Shown piece after piece: positions 63,627 to 64,000 of a DNA stretch of 64,000 nt. The DNA is from Lama glama (Eukaryota). Location: assembly GCA_028534125.1 (NCBI GenBank), contig CM052817.1:25360001-25424000 (forward strand), read 5' to 3'. Every line of letters starts with the position of its first letter. Within the stretch, counting starts at the first letter, position 1. The notes below the pieces were generated by a model. That model searched no databases. It was not told the origin of the DNA and saw nothing but the letters and a program-made list of their open reading frames with translations. The position numbers were made by a program, and so were the translations under genes.

Positions 63627-64000
63627 AAACGCACGAGATGACATTCACCAGCTATGAGGATATTTCATCATTCATTCACTCTTCAACAAATAGCTACAGA
63701 GTGTCCGCAGAGTGGGCATGCAATCACTGTCCTGCGGGATGGAGGCAGAGCAGCCAACAAAACAGACAAAAATGCCTGCCTTCGCCCAGCTCTCTTGAGG
63801 CAAAGCCCAGTGTGTTGCACAAAGTAAAGAGGGATGTATACCTTGTTGATGAGAGAGCTGGGGTTCCCACAGTCACACTGTTGTCCAAATCAGTCATCTA
63901 AAAAGGCAACAGCCCTGTGTTACTGCAGATTGTGAAACAGATGCTTGGCTTTGGTCACACAACTGTCTAGAGCGTAGGAGCAGTTAGGAAGGGAGGTGCA

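Overview
Mammalian nuclear DNA, most likely a camelid (alpaca, llama or camel). It carries four copies of a tRNA-derived SINE with the Vic-1-type 3' motif AAACCTAATTACCTCCCC plus artiodactyl-type L1 3' ends, and I saw no Alu, B1/B2, Bov-tA/BovB or PRE-1 elements. I cannot identify any host protein-coding gene. The listed ORFs are chance ORFs, simple-repeat artefacts, or decayed L1 ORF2 / ERV-L gag fragments. Positions 1-50 kb are a dense, nested graveyard of MaLR (MLT1) and MLT2 LTRs, L1/HAL1, L2, MIR and hAT (MER3/5/58/119) elements, with several unique TAAT-rich islands that look enhancer-like. Positions 50-64 kb lack recognisable LTRs and hold minus-strand splice acceptors and two well-formed poly(A) sites, suggesting the 3' end of an unidentified minus-strand transcript. 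The best-supported oddities are a twin-primed inverted L1 with an 18-bp TSD, a 782-bp ERV1-type solo LTR with a 4-bp TSD and internal 20-bp tandem repeat, an LTR-less ERV-L gag/pol relic with a perfect 72-bp duplication, two ~55-bp L1 micro-insertions with TSDs, and a SINE whose tail became a ~165-bp (GAAA)n array. I found no convincing new biological system. Repeat subfamily names come from recalled consensus similarity, and boundaries are approximate unless a TSD is cited.
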